From Lytechinus pictus (lineage: Eukaryota): a stretch of DNA of 64,000 nucleotides. Below are positions 39,151-52,100 of the stretch, piece by piece; the stretch's first letter is position 1, and each line of letters begins with the position of its first letter. Below the pieces are notes generated by a model that was not told the origin of the DNA, did not search any database, and saw nothing but the letters and a program-made list of their open reading frames with translations. Position numbers and translations under genes: made by a program. The DNA lies in assembly GCF_037042905.1 (NCBI RefSeq), contig NC_087252.1, positions 14,882,001-14,946,000 on the forward strand. Reading direction: 5' to 3'.

Positions 39151-39972
39151 AGAAAAAGAGGAAAGGGGAAAATGGAAAGGGAAATAAAGGAAGGACGTAA
39201 ATAGGAAAGATGGAAGGAAAGCAGGAAAGGGAAGAAAAGAACAACATATAAGGAAGTACAAAGTATCCCGAAATACTAATACATTAGCATATTAGCAAGA
39301 GAGGGGTAAAACATAAAAAATATGTCTCAATGGCATGAGCAAGAATGGCGGGAAAATGAGAGAAAGAGGCAAAAAGAAACGGGAAATGAAGGTAGAGCCA
39401 AAAGCTAAATTGGAAAATCAGCATAGGAAGAAAAGGAACAAGGAATTAGAGAAGAACTTAAAAACACAACCGAGCTGCCGAGGATTGAAGAATATAAAGA
39501 CCGTGAAGAAACGTGGAAGGCATCTATTATAATCTTGCTAAATTTTATGCAATAATTGTCACAATCAGAGCAAAAAAGTCCTTACCCAATAGTAAGCCAG
39601 GGGCTAGTTATACCCCCCCCCCCTCCTTATATTATTTTCTAGATTTACCATAACTTAAGCCTGTTAATGTTTACTTGGCTAAATTTTCAAAGCTACTATC
39701 ACAAAATCAGAATTTGATTTCAAAATCATTTTAAACAGCCATTTTTTTCTGGCTCGCTTCGCTTGCTGGCGACTGTTACAAAGTTTTCCACATTTGTTAT
39801 GTTTGAATTTGATTTTAATGTGTGTTGTGTATGTACCCGGTGCTCCGCCCCAGACCAGTGGCGGCACCAAGGGGCTAGGTACGGGGGAGTGAGTTCCCGA
39901 AATTTTGAAAAATAAAAAAGTATAGTAAATGTTGTCATAAGCATCCTACTAAAGTGCTTCAAAACGGATTAA

Positions 39973-40517
39973 AGAACAAGTCCACCCCAACAAAAACTTG
40001 ATTTGAATAAAAAGAGAAAAATTCATAACACTGAAAATTTCATCAAAATCGGATGTAAAAAATAATAAGGTTATGACATTTTAAAGTTTCGCTTCATTTC
40101 ACAAAACAGTTATATGCACATCTCGGTCGGTGAGGTAACTGATGACATCACTCTCTCACTATTTCTTTTGTATTTTATTATATGAAATATGATTTTTTTT
40201 TTCTCGTCATTGTCATGTGAATGAAGTTTCATTCCTCCCTGAACACGTGGAATTCCATATTTTAACATTTTGTGCTTCAGGCAAGTAGGTCATAATCATC
40301 AAATTCGTAAAAATTGAAATACTGTATAATTAAAACAATAAAAAACAAAAGAAATAGTGAGTGAGTGACATCATCGACTCTCTCATTTGGATGTAACTGG
40401 CTCGTTCATATAACTATTTTGTTAAAAATAAGCGAAACTTTGAAATTTTCAGCATTGTGCTTGTCTGATTTTTCTCTATTGATTCAAATCAACATTTTTC
40501 TGAGGTGGACTTGACCT
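39973..40517. mobile_element. Kolobok-like MITE, family 1 (opposite orientation)
   Basis: TTAA TSDs, family 1 termini. Confidence 0.85.
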
Positions 40518-40958
40518 TTAAATTTTAAAGAATGTTCTAATGTTAACTCCCAACAATTTTTGTCACTAACATAAATCTTTCAGGTCATTATATAAAATTC
40601 AAAATGTCGCTCGCGCTACGAACTCACAGTTGACTGAGATCAGTAAATTATCTGTTCACATGAGGCTTAAACATCGAATGTTTAAATCAATATGCTTCTC
40701 GCGATTAGAGTTTTCATTATTCGTTTAAGCGAGATTTTCCTGAACGCAATTTTTTTAGCTCGCGCTACGCGCTCGCATCAATTGTTTCATTATATTTAGA
40801 TAGCCATCCAGTTCATGATTACATAAAGTGTTTATAGAACGTCCAGTTATAATCTCAGGATATCAAAAATTCATTTTGTGAGATATCATCTTAATGACCC
40901 AATGCAAACGGCTTATCCTTAACAGGTCCCTTTTCAAGTCAGTAGGGTCTACAATTAT

Positions 40959-41921
40959 AAACAAGTGGAATGCCTCTGGCCGTCTCACCTGCATCACGCG
41001 ATTCAATATAGCAGCAGTGCTGATTTTGAAAACTACTATAACTCGCACAAGATGTTCAGTGATACTTGGTTACTCTTATTTCCACGTTTTATGAACTAGA
41101 CCAATACACTTATAGAGATATGATGGCAATTCAACAAATACCCCCAACGTGGCCAAAGTTCTTTGACCTTACATGACCTTTGACCTTGATCATGTGACCT
41201 GAAACTCGCACAGGATGTTCAGTGATACTTGATTACTATTATGTCCAAGTTTTATGAACTAGACCAACACACTTTCAAATTTATGGCTGTAATTCAACAA
41301 ATACCCCAATTTGGCCAAAGTTCATTGACCCTAAATGACCTTTGACCTTGATCATGTGACCTGAAACTTGCACAGGATGTTCAGTAATACTTGATTACTA
41401 TTATGTCTAAGTTTCATGAATCAGATCCATAAACTTTCAAAGTTATGATGGTAATTCAACAGATACCCCCAATTCGGCCAAAACCCTAAATGACCTTTGA
41501 CCTTGGTCATGTGATGTGAAACTCAAGCAGGATGTTCAGTGATACTTGATTAACCTTATGTATAAGTTTCATGAACTAGGTCCATATATTTTCTAAGTTA
41601 TGATGACATTTCAAAAACTTAACCTTAGGTTAAGATTTTGATGTTGATTCCCCCAACATGGTCTAAGTTCATTGACCCTAAATGACATTTGACCTTGGTC
41701 ATGTGACATGAAACTCAGGCAGGATGTTCAGTATTACTTGATTAACCTTATGGCCAAGTTTCATGAACTAGGTCCATATACTTTCTAAGTTATGCTGTCA
41801 TTTCAAAAACTTAACCTCAGGTTAAGATTTGGTGTTGACGCCGCCGCCGCCGCCGCCGTCGCCGCCGCCGTCGGAAAAGCGGCGCCTATAGTCTCACTCT
41901 GCTATGCAGGTGAGACAAAAA
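40959..41921 (-). mobile_element. Helentron-associated non-autonomous element (HINE/DINE-1-like) with a ~160-bp tandem array
   Basis: Subterminal inverted repeats GTCTCACCTGCAT (40982) / ATGCAGGTGAGAC (41904), adjacent hairpin, (GCC)n microsatellite, about five internal tandem units, A/T-run target. Confidence 0.7.
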
Positions 41922-42708
41922 TAGCTTGCGCTTCTCGCTCGATTTTGAGGAATAGGCAAAATATTTGTGTGTTATGCCTCCCAAATGTTATTTTGCCTCC
42001 CCCTAGGTTAACAATCCTGGTGCCGCTATTGCCCCGGACCCGATCTGCGTAGCACTGGGCCCCAAAAGTTCTACAATCGAGAATGAAAAAGAAAAGATGA
42101 AAGAAAATGAAAGGAAAGGAAAGAAAAGGAAGATGTAAGATATAATGTTATTTTCTGAATACCATGTTAAAATAAATCTCAAATTTAGATTATCATGATA
42201 AGGTGACTTTTTTTTCTCGCTCGCTCGGGACTTATATCAAGCAACTTTTGGCTGGGTGCGCCATGCTGTGCCTTCAGTGTGCCCCCTCTTTTTTGTAATG
42301 ATCACACATTGAGCTTCGCCCTAATGCTTGGGACACAATCATAAACAAAATACTGTTCATACAATGATATGACCGGGAAAATTTTGGCTCCTGGCCACCG
42401 ACCCCTGTTATGCCCCTGCGATGGTACTCCATGTTTGAAATAATATCATTTGAACAATTAAAGTAAAATCAGACAAACAAAACACTTAATATTTGAATTA
42501 TGTCGGTGTTACAGTTTGATGAATGTCTTCATAAATATACAATGAGCAACTGATGACGTGACATAGAATTTGAAGTTTTACAGCGTGTTATACTGCGTGT
42601 AAATCAATCGACTGACAAATAATTGTGAAACTACCATGGTCTAGAAACTTTGCATGCCCTTACGTATATTATTTCATCATTATTTTATTCGTTAAAATTA
42701 TGATTTAG

Positions 42709-43166
42709 GTACTCGGAAGCCAGAAGGGAAGGCTGCCTCGAAAACCAGTCGTCCAAAGAAACGGGAGCGGGACTCGCCTTCTGTAGACGCCACTCCAGCC
42801 AAAAAGAAACCAAGCGCAGAGACTAAACTCCAAATAGTGAAGACTACAGATCAGGAAACTTCGCGTACATTCCAGGAGATAGTTAAAGATATTCAACAGA
42901 ATGACATGGAATTGGAGAAAAATGAAATAAAACTTACAAAGCTAAAGGAAGATCGCAACGATTCGTTCGAAAAGCAGAAAGAGCTAGCGAAAGTAATTAC
43001 AAAAATTGATCAGGAAATAAAGAATACTGAAAGCGACCGAAATGAATTGATTACGCAGAATTTAGAGGATTGTACTGAAAAAATGAGATTACTCGAAAAT
43101 GAACAAAATAAATTAGGGCAATTGTCGGTAAGAAAAGTCCCAAAAACATATATTTCACTAAGCTAG
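42709..43166 (+). CDS. Gene B exon: bipartite NLS plus extended coiled coil
   Basis: Acceptor TTTAG| in phase 1, matching donor 38373; open frame TRKPEGKAASKTSRPKKRERDSPSVDATPAKKKPS...QLSVRKVPKTYISLS*; clear paralog of 15708-16078. Confidence 0.75.
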
Positions 43167-43230
43167 AGTGAATTCACTTCCAGAATCACCGACTAAATCC
43201 ACATTTTTTTCTGGAGAATCAAGTTTTTGT

Positions 43231-43858
43231 CCCGGAGGGACCACTTCATTGACGAGTGGATACCATGCGCGACCACGGGGTCTTGAAAAGCACCCTAAAC
43301 ACGTATTTTCCATATTCTGAAAATGCACCCCTTAACAAGTATTGGCGTGTGAAACCCTACCCTTAACAAGTATTGGAAACAAATACTTAGGCAAGTATTC
43401 CCAGAATTGAGCCCCGCAACAAGTACAGCGATGTATTGTCCATATTCTGAAAATGCACCCCTTAACAAGTATTGGAAACAAAACGATACTCTTGGCAAGT
43501 ATTCCCTGAAATAAACCCCTAAACAAGTACAGCGATATTTTATTGTTATGTCACGGGTCCGCGGTCGTCGGTTTTATCTTTACACACCATTATTTTGGTT
43601 TAGTACGGCCCCACCTTCTACACCTCGCGCAAATCGGACTCTAAACACGTAGTGTTGGGGCAAAATGACATCCTTTATAAAACATTTTGATTTTGTTTCA
43701 TCATCCCCGCATATTTGACCCTAAACACGTATATTTTTCCGAGCGAAATTTTGTGTTTTTGACACCCTTATCACGTTACGTACTTGAAAAACAAATCCTT
43801 TTTACGTATTTTTTGGTCGCGCATGGTATCCACTCGTCAATGTAAGTGGCCCCCCGGG
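43231..43858. mobile_element. CCCGGG-terminal MITE (same family as 13488, reverse orientation)
   Basis: Same TIRs; TSD GTTTTTGT/GGTTTTGT. Confidence 0.85.
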
Positions 43859-44697
43859 GGTTTTGTACAACGATCCGGTCTCGAAAGCATTGCGCAATAA
43901 CTCTCGGAGCCAATTTGAGAATCATCACTTACAACAGTGATCAATGCGTATTATACGCTGGTACACATGTGCTGCAAACGCAAGCTCCTCAAATTGACAA
44001 TAAAAAATAATGAAAATCGACCGATTATTTCAGTATCACTTCCGCGGCGACCCGCTATGGAGCATGAATTATTAATAAGTTGAGCTATAAAACTGAAGTG
44101 CGCAAGCGCATGGACTTGCACATCAACACATCGCCACTCTCTCTGTTTCTTTATGAATGAATTGACTCGCGTAATGTCTTCGTCATTCCCCTCCATCTCC
44201 ATCTAAATATCAGTGTTTCTTTCGCCCCCCCCCTCTAACTTATTCAATCTCTCTTACCCCACCGAACCTCTCTTCCTTCATCTCTGTTTCTTTATGAAAC
44301 ACAATGAACGGACTCGCATATGTCATCGCCACCCCCCTCACTCCTTTATGAAACGTAAATGAATGGACTCGCATAAAAAAATTATGTCCTCGCTATCCCC
44401 CCCCCCCCTCCTCCACATCTCAATCTCTGTTGCTTTCATTAGTTTCTCGACTTTCTCCCCCCCCCCCCCACTCCCTCTCTCTCTTGCATGCTCTTAGTTT
44501 CCCTCTCTCTTACACTTAATCTTTGTTTCTTTATATGAAACATGAGTGAATGAAATCACATCTCGCCAAGATCCTCTCCATCTCAATCTCTGTTCCTATA
44601 TGTAGTCGCCCTCTTCTTCACCCCTCTCGCAATTTCTCTCTCCTTTTGCAATCTCTCTCTACCCCTCGGTCCCTTTACTGCCTTTGATCCCTCTTAA

Positions 44698-46922
44698 GGA
44701 CGTTCCACAGTTAAAATGAAGTCCATGTCATTTTCACCAAATTTTGCAGAGAGTTACTTTGGTATCTATGCTTTATCAAAATGCAAAACATAATATAGGT
44801 TCATGTGCTTATTTTTTTTCTACGGGTCTTCAAAGTCGCCGTATTTGAACGATATGGAATGTTGCGCAATCAAGGGAATTATGCCTCTCTTAGACCTCAC
44901 GAATTCACCAAATGAGTTTAAGTCATCTTTACTCAGTGGATAACGCATCAAACTTCATCAAAATTTCAGAATATGTAACTTAGTAGATACCAAAGTAAGA
45001 GAAAGTCTTTTAATTGGTAAAACTATATCTATTTGGAGTCAGCAGCGCCCTCATTTGGCAAAAGTAGTGCAAAAACTAGGAAAAAAACTAATCTTCAAAG
45101 ACGTGAATCTACTAAAAAATTAAATAAGTATTTTGTAAGCTGCACTTTTTTCAAAATCCATGTAATTTTCATCAAATTCGGCTAAATTGTAGAGGAATGC
45201 ATATCAAAGGTGTTGGGAAGTTAAAAATATTGGGTCCATGTGCTCGTTTTTTAACTATGAGTGTCCAAAGTGATGCGAGTTGGCTTAAAAATCGCCTAAA
45301 ATGCGCCGAAAACGTGCAAAAGTCTATTAATACCGTCTAAAATGCGAATGGTTCCCGTATTTCGCTCCCAAACATTCAAAATCCATGTCATTTTCATCAT
45401 ACTCTCTGATTTTTTATAGGAATATATTCTAAAGCTGTTAAAATATCAAGAATATAGTGTCCTTGTGCTCGTTTTTTAGTTATCAGTGTCCAAACTGTTG
45501 CGAGTTGGCTTGAAAATCGCCTAAATGCACCGTAAACGTGCAAAGGTCTAATTTTAACGTTTAAAATGCGAATGGGGCCGTATTTCGCTCCAAAACATTC
45601 AAAATTTATGTCATTTTCATCATACTTTCTAGATTTGTAGAGGAATAAATTCTAAAGCCGTTAAAATATTAAAAATATGGGGTCCATGTGCTCGTTTTTT
45701 AACTATCAGTGTCCAAAATGTTGCGAGTTGGCTTAAACAGGCCAAAATGCGCCGAAAACAAGTAAAAGTCTGATAATACCGTCCAAAATGTTTAAAATGC
45801 GAATGGTTCCCGTATTTCGCTCCCAAACATTCAAAATCCATGTCATTTTCATCATACTCTCTAGATTTGTAGAGGAATATATTCTAAAGAAGTTAGGACA
45901 TTTAAAGTATGGGGTCCATGTGCTCGTTTTCAAGTTATCAGTGTCCAAAATATTGCGAGTTGGCTTGAAACAGCCCAAAATGCGCTAAAAACAAGCAAAG
46001 TCTGTTGATATACCGTCTAAAATGCAAATAGTTCCGCAGTCTTGCTCCCAAACATTGAAAATCCATGTCATTTTCATCATACTTTGCACAAAGATACTTT
46101 AGCACCTGAATATTCCACATATACAAAAATTAACATGTGTCCATGTGCTGGATTTTTTGCTATAGAGCTTCAAAGTTAACCCAAAATGGATGATGTTCTT
46201 AAGAATTGTGCATCCAAAAGTATTTGGCATATTTAGACCTCACGAGATCACAACAATGAGTTTAAAGCTATATTACTCATTCAAAATCCATGAAGATTTC
46301 ATCAAATTTTGTTATATGATTAATAATTGTATCCGTAAGATGGATAATTTATATATATTGCTGTCAATTGTTTGCTCATTAAAGTCTCAGTTCTCAGAAA
46401 TTGCGGGAAAGATACTCAACGTCAAACATTTCAAATTTCAATAACAAACTTGAGAAGTAAAAGAAATGCTGCAATTTAGTCAAAACCCATGTCATTTTCA
46501 CCAAACTTTGCAAAGTTGTACAGGAAGGTATACCGAAGAGGTGCAAACATAAAAAAATATGGGTTTATGTGCTTGTTTTCAAACTATCAGCTCTCTTATT
46601 AGAGCAAATTTGCTTCTTAAAAAGCTTTGTATCTATGTGGGGAAAACATTCCTAACCACTTTTTTATTATTCAAACTCGGGGTCATATTCATCATACTTT
46701 GCAGCACTACAGAGAAACTATTTTGAAATTGTAGAGGAATAAGAAAAATTCTAGTTCATTAGCTTCATACAATAACACATCAGATCTGAAGTTAGTGCAG
46801 ATAAGGAGAAAAATCAGCTCACTTTACCTACAGCTGGTTAAATCACCTGCTCATCCATTGTGACGTCAGCGCGCCGAGTGTAAAATATGCGCAGATCATG
46901 ATGCGCACAAACATAACTGTGG
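44698..46922. mobile_element. Kolobok-like element, family 4, long copy with internal ~230-bp tandem array
   Basis: TTAA|GGACGTTCCACAGTTA ... TAACTGTGG|TTAA (last 7 bp of the TIR missing); homologous in reverse to 58485-59421. Confidence 0.8.
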
Positions 46923-47802
46923 TTAAGTTAAAACAAAGACATTATTGTGGTGTCTTTTGAAAATGCGTTTTTGTTTTTGATCGACACCACGAATTTTTGC
47001 CATCACTTATAATGATATTAATTTTGTGCTGCCTACCGTAAAATTGTTGTCATGATTTCTCAGTGTAGATTGTGTGAGCCTAACAATGTTGACTGTTCGA
47101 AAGCTACTTTAGAGGTAAGTTCAAATTGATTATAATTTATATATATTTTCAGATGACCATGTCGTCTGCGATCATCCCACAGATACGACAGTGCAAACCC
47201 ATTTCAGAGAAATTCGACTTCAGAGTTTACTATAATTCCAACACTTTTGTCCCCACCTTTAAACGATTTTCAATTGCTTGACAGTCCTTTTATAAGTATT
47301 TTTTTAATGTCACGGTGCACTCGTTACAAGTTGCTTACTGAGTGTCGTATACCTCTATTGATTAGGCCATTAACTTTTATAGAAATTGACGCATGTACCT
47401 TTGGAAATAAACACTTATGTTGAATCTAAATGTTGATCATGAAGACTCGACATCTCAAGAGCTTCAAGCAAGTAATTTCGGTTTGAATGATTTAGATTTA
47501 GTTCATGGGTGTCGATCGGTATTCTTGGTTGGGGGGGAGTGATTGACACAAAAGTTTTTGTGGATGGGGATCTTTCAACTTTACCCGCACTAAAATCACA
47601 AGTTAGGACATTTGGGAGTGATTGATATGCATGGTGTTCTTGGAAATTCCTTCATTGTTGTAGTGTACTGTACTTATATTTTTTTTTTTGAAAATTCAAT
47701 TTGTGTTACAAGTAAGCCTATTCTAAACTCATACGAAAGAAAAAATGACAAATTGTCTGGACCATGTACATAGTGATCTGTTTATTGAGCATGATGTATA
47801 CA

Positions 47803-48702
47803 CAGGGGCGTCGATCCATTTTTCAGATTGGGGGGGGGGGCAAAATCATGAATCAACGTTCCAAAGGTGCTCGATCATACAAAACGAACAAACTCATCCA
47901 CACACCCCTACACCCCCACACACATAGGCCTATATTGTATATATATAATATATATATATATATATCTATATAACTCATGAGAAAGAGACACATATCTCAC
48001 CCTCACCAACAATGCGAGCGCGAAGCGCGAGCTGAATTTTTTTAGTATGACATGAAAACAGGAAAAATGTACCTGTTTAGGTTTGTTTGTAGTAACTCAT
48101 GAGGAGCATAGATACATGTATCTCACTATAGAGAGCGAGCTAAAATTTATTTATATTCTGACCGGAAAGCTTGATATTCTAAGCATTTTTGGTACCAATG
48201 ATTAAGATGGGTATCTAGAAGAACAATAGATGCGAGCGCAAAGCGCCAGCTGAAAATGTTGATATTTCGATCTGGAAAAAAGACAGATTAATGGACGCCT
48301 TTAATAAAGAACAAGATATATATCCAACAAAAGATTATTGCAAATCAAAGCGGGAGTTCTTTTGAGGTATAGAACTGAAAACGTGACATTCTATTCACCT
48401 ATTTAATCATGAAAAGTATGGGGTTTTGGTACAGAAATGATGCGAGTGCGAAGCGAGAGCTGAAAATGTTTATATTCCAATCTGAAAAGCAGACATTTTG
48501 AGCACGATTTTAAATCAAAATCGAGTTTGTATCTCAATCTCGCTTGCTGGTTTCAGTGTAGCATTACAATCTTATTTTATTTTTTAGTTGCACATGCGGA
48601 ATTATTGGGAGGGGGGGCAAAACGATATGTTCCCCCAAATATTTTCATTGGCGGGGCGATCGCCCCCTGCCCCCCCCCCCCCCCCCCGGATCGACGCCTT
48701 TG
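47803..48702. mobile_element. hAT-like MITE (nested)
   Basis: Perfect TSD TGTATACA; TIR CAGGGGCGTCGATCC / GGATCGACGCCTTTG. Confidence 0.9.
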
Positions 48703-49154
48703 TGTATACAACTTCTCTCTTAAATCTAACCCGACTGGCAATATCTTAATGCATGATGATAACATGCAGATTCGGACCAATTAAGACTAGCACAAATTAC
48801 AAACTGTGTGGCTTCTCGTGCGCCATCGGGCTTACCGTCATTCCATAGAGCTATTACTGTAATAGCTACATGGTCATTTCTTAGACGATTTATCTTGCCA
48901 CCCTTTTACTCCCGTTTATTTTTGCACCCTTTTGAATTAATTGATTTATCGAAATTAATTTATTCACCATTGGTGGGATGGAACACCAAAAGTCGTTTTT
49001 CGTTGGGGTCCTTTTATGTCATGTGTTAAAAAATATCATATACATAAACATTTCATTCTTTTTCATCTTGAACCTCCACCCATCTGTTTAATCTTCCTGA
49101 AAAAGAATGTTTTTATTTAATAACAATATACACAAATTGCAAGGGAAACAAACT

Positions 49155-52100
49155 GATTTGATTTGATTTGATTTATTGATTTCCGTTTCACAACATAAGT
49201 ATAACAAAACAAGGTCGAAAATAATGCAATACGTAATTATTTATTATTATTTATTTATTTTTGTTTTATTTATTTTATACTGCAGGGTAGGCCTGTTCAG
49301 TTCTTAAAACTGCTTTACAAAGGCGCCCTGCAGTTTAAAATACATGTCAAGATAACTATGAACAACAACAAGAAAAAACATCAAAAATACAAAATACAAA
49401 ATATCTAACATCAGAGACAATTAACACCAAAATATAGAGTGGGAAGTGACAATTTAAACATACATAGGATTGTAAATCAATGGAATATCATTTCGATCTT
49501 TATCAATTCGTATGAAAGGCTTTGCATATTTTTTTAAAAACTAACAAGGAGGTACAAACTTGTAAATTTGAAGGAAGTGCATTAAATAATTTGGGTCCGA
49601 CATATGCGAAAGATTTTCTTTTATGTTCAATTCTAGCTTTAGGAAGCTGAAGGGGGCATCGTAAAGAATACCGTGTCCTGTATTTCACGGGCCGTTTACA
49701 TACTAAAGGTTTTAAATAATTTGGAACTAAATCATTCATTATTTTATATACAAGAACACAATACTGATATTTTATACGCTGATCTACTGATTGCCACTTC
49801 AGTGACTGCAACAAAGAAATTTGTGATGTATTATAATCTTTTTTCAAAAGCATTCTGGCATATTTATTTTGAAGTTTTTGTATCTTATCTAAATGTATTT
49901 TTGCACTGCTTCCCCAAGATGTAATACAGTAATCAATGTAAGGTAAAATCATAGAATAGTACAGCTTCTTCATAATATCAAAGGACAGTAAGTGCTTAAT
50001 CCGCCTTACACAACCTATTGCCCGAGATATTTTATAAACGATATTAGTAATATGTTCGCACCAAGTCAAGCCCGGATCGAGCATGACACCTAAGTATTTA
50101 ATCTTTTTTACATTTTCTAATTGTATGTTCCTGAATTTTACTGACAAATGAGCACCCCTCAACTTTTTCTTTTGACCAAATACCATGGCTTTTGTTTTTT
50201 GCGGGTGTAAATGCATATTATTTAAGTCTAGCCATTTACTTATTGAATCAAAATCATCTTGCAAATGCTTTTGTACCTCCTTAATTGATTCACCGTGATT
50301 AAAAATGGCGGTATCATCAGCATAAAGAGACATTTTAGAATGTACATGCAATTTCAAATTACACATGTCATTAATAAAAATACAAAATATCAATGGACCC
50401 AGTATAGATCCTTGTGGGACACCTGATTTTATCTTCAAAAATTCACTGCAACAACTGTTAATCATTACAAATTGCCTTCTGTCTGTTAAATACGATTCCA
50501 TCCAGTTGTATTCATTGCCAGTAATACCATAGTACTTAAGTTTTGCAAGTATAAAATTGTGAGGAATAACATCAAAAGCTTTGCGTAAGTCCAAGAAAAT
50601 ACCACCAGTAACATGTTTTCGGTCCATTTTATCATACAAAAAGTCTGTAATCTCAGTTAGACAAGTGGCAGTAGAATAAGATGGTCTGAAGCCAGACTGA
50701 CAATTTGCAAGTAGATCATTTACATTTAAGTACTTATACAATTGATCATGTATTGCTCTCTCTAGTATTTTGGACAGGACTGGAAGCACAGAAATTGGTC
50801 TATATAATTGTCAATATCAAATGATCCTCCCTTATGTACAGGAGTAATTCTTGCTGTTTTAAAATCTTCTGGAATAACACTAGTTTGTAAAGTTGCATTA
50901 AATAAATGGGTTAAAGGGCCAGCTATACTCTCTGCTGCCAGCTTAAGAAACTTCGGGTGAATGCCATCTACTCCGACCGCTTTCGAACAATCAATATGTA
51001 ATAGTTCTTTCAAAACATACTCCTTTTTGATTGCATAAAATTTAAATTCACAATCTGGAATAAACAGAGTTTGTAAATTGTTTAATAAATCTTTCGAGAA
51101 ATTACCCGAAGCGGCTTGCAACCTTGAGCCGACTTCATTAAAGGCTTTGTTTAGAACGTGAGCTATTTCATTGTTAGGTATTTGATCATTATCAATTGTT
51201 AATTTAACATCATGACTCGTAATAAAATATATATAACATAATCTTAGATTTAAGGAACACAATTCAATAAATAAAATTACCTAGTATGACAATTGTATTT
51301 TAAAGTAAAACGGAGGGTCTTGCCGAAAAAATCAAAGCTTGTACAAAAGGCAAGCCCCTAAATAAACTTAGTTTCAAAACAAATAAAAACAAAAAAAAAA
51401 AAAACACTGGGTCGTAATGATATATAGAATTTTATGAATAAGTACAATTTTTATGCATTTTACGAAAAAAAAGTAACTGATGTGAGAAATATTTTGTTTT
51501 ATAGCATTAGGGAGAGAGGGGGAATGTGAGGGGGAGAAGAGGGGAGGGACAGAGAAGTGCAGGGTACATAACATAGAAAGAAAGCGGGCAGCAGGAGCAG
51601 GTACTTTGGCTAGTTGCAATTTTACGAAGAAAACAGTAATAACAAATAATATGTATGTAATATGAGCGCGTATAATACACAATAAACACAAAAACCGAGT
51701 ATGAATATATCAGTTATTCAGCATGATCTGCTTGCAACGAGTATTGCAAAGTTAACATTTTTTTCAGTTTGCGTTTAAAAATATTTATATTAGGGGATTC
51801 TTTAAAATCTTGAGGCAGAGAGTTCCAGTAGGCAGGCCCGGAAAAGACAAATGAATTCTTTGCAAAAAGAGTTCTTGTTAATGGGAGATGATAATATTGT
51901 CGTTGCCTTGTTGGGTAACAGTGTACGGATGCATTTTTATGGAACATATTTGAGAAAATAGTGGGGAGATCGTCCTTGCTTAATTTGAACATAAATTGAC
52001 TTATTTCGAAGAGATATATGTCACTTACTTTGAGGATGTTATTTTCAAAAAATAAGATATCAGTATGTGATCTGAAGTGTGTTTGAAAAATTATTCTTAG

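Larger units (their letters stand above)
39856..42031. mobile_element. hAT-like MITE (nested)
   Basis: TIR CAGTGGCGGCACCA / TGGTGCCGCTATTG; TSD CCCCAGAC/CCCCGGAC. Confidence 0.75.
38714..42418. mobile_element. hAT-like element hosting nested insertions
   Basis: TIR CAGTGGCGTAACAGG / CCTGTTATGCCCCTG; no clear TSD seen. Confidence 0.55.

Noticed and set aside
38696..39261. Long Phe/Leu/Ser-rich ORFs
   Set aside because: Translation of the (GAAA)n microsatellite
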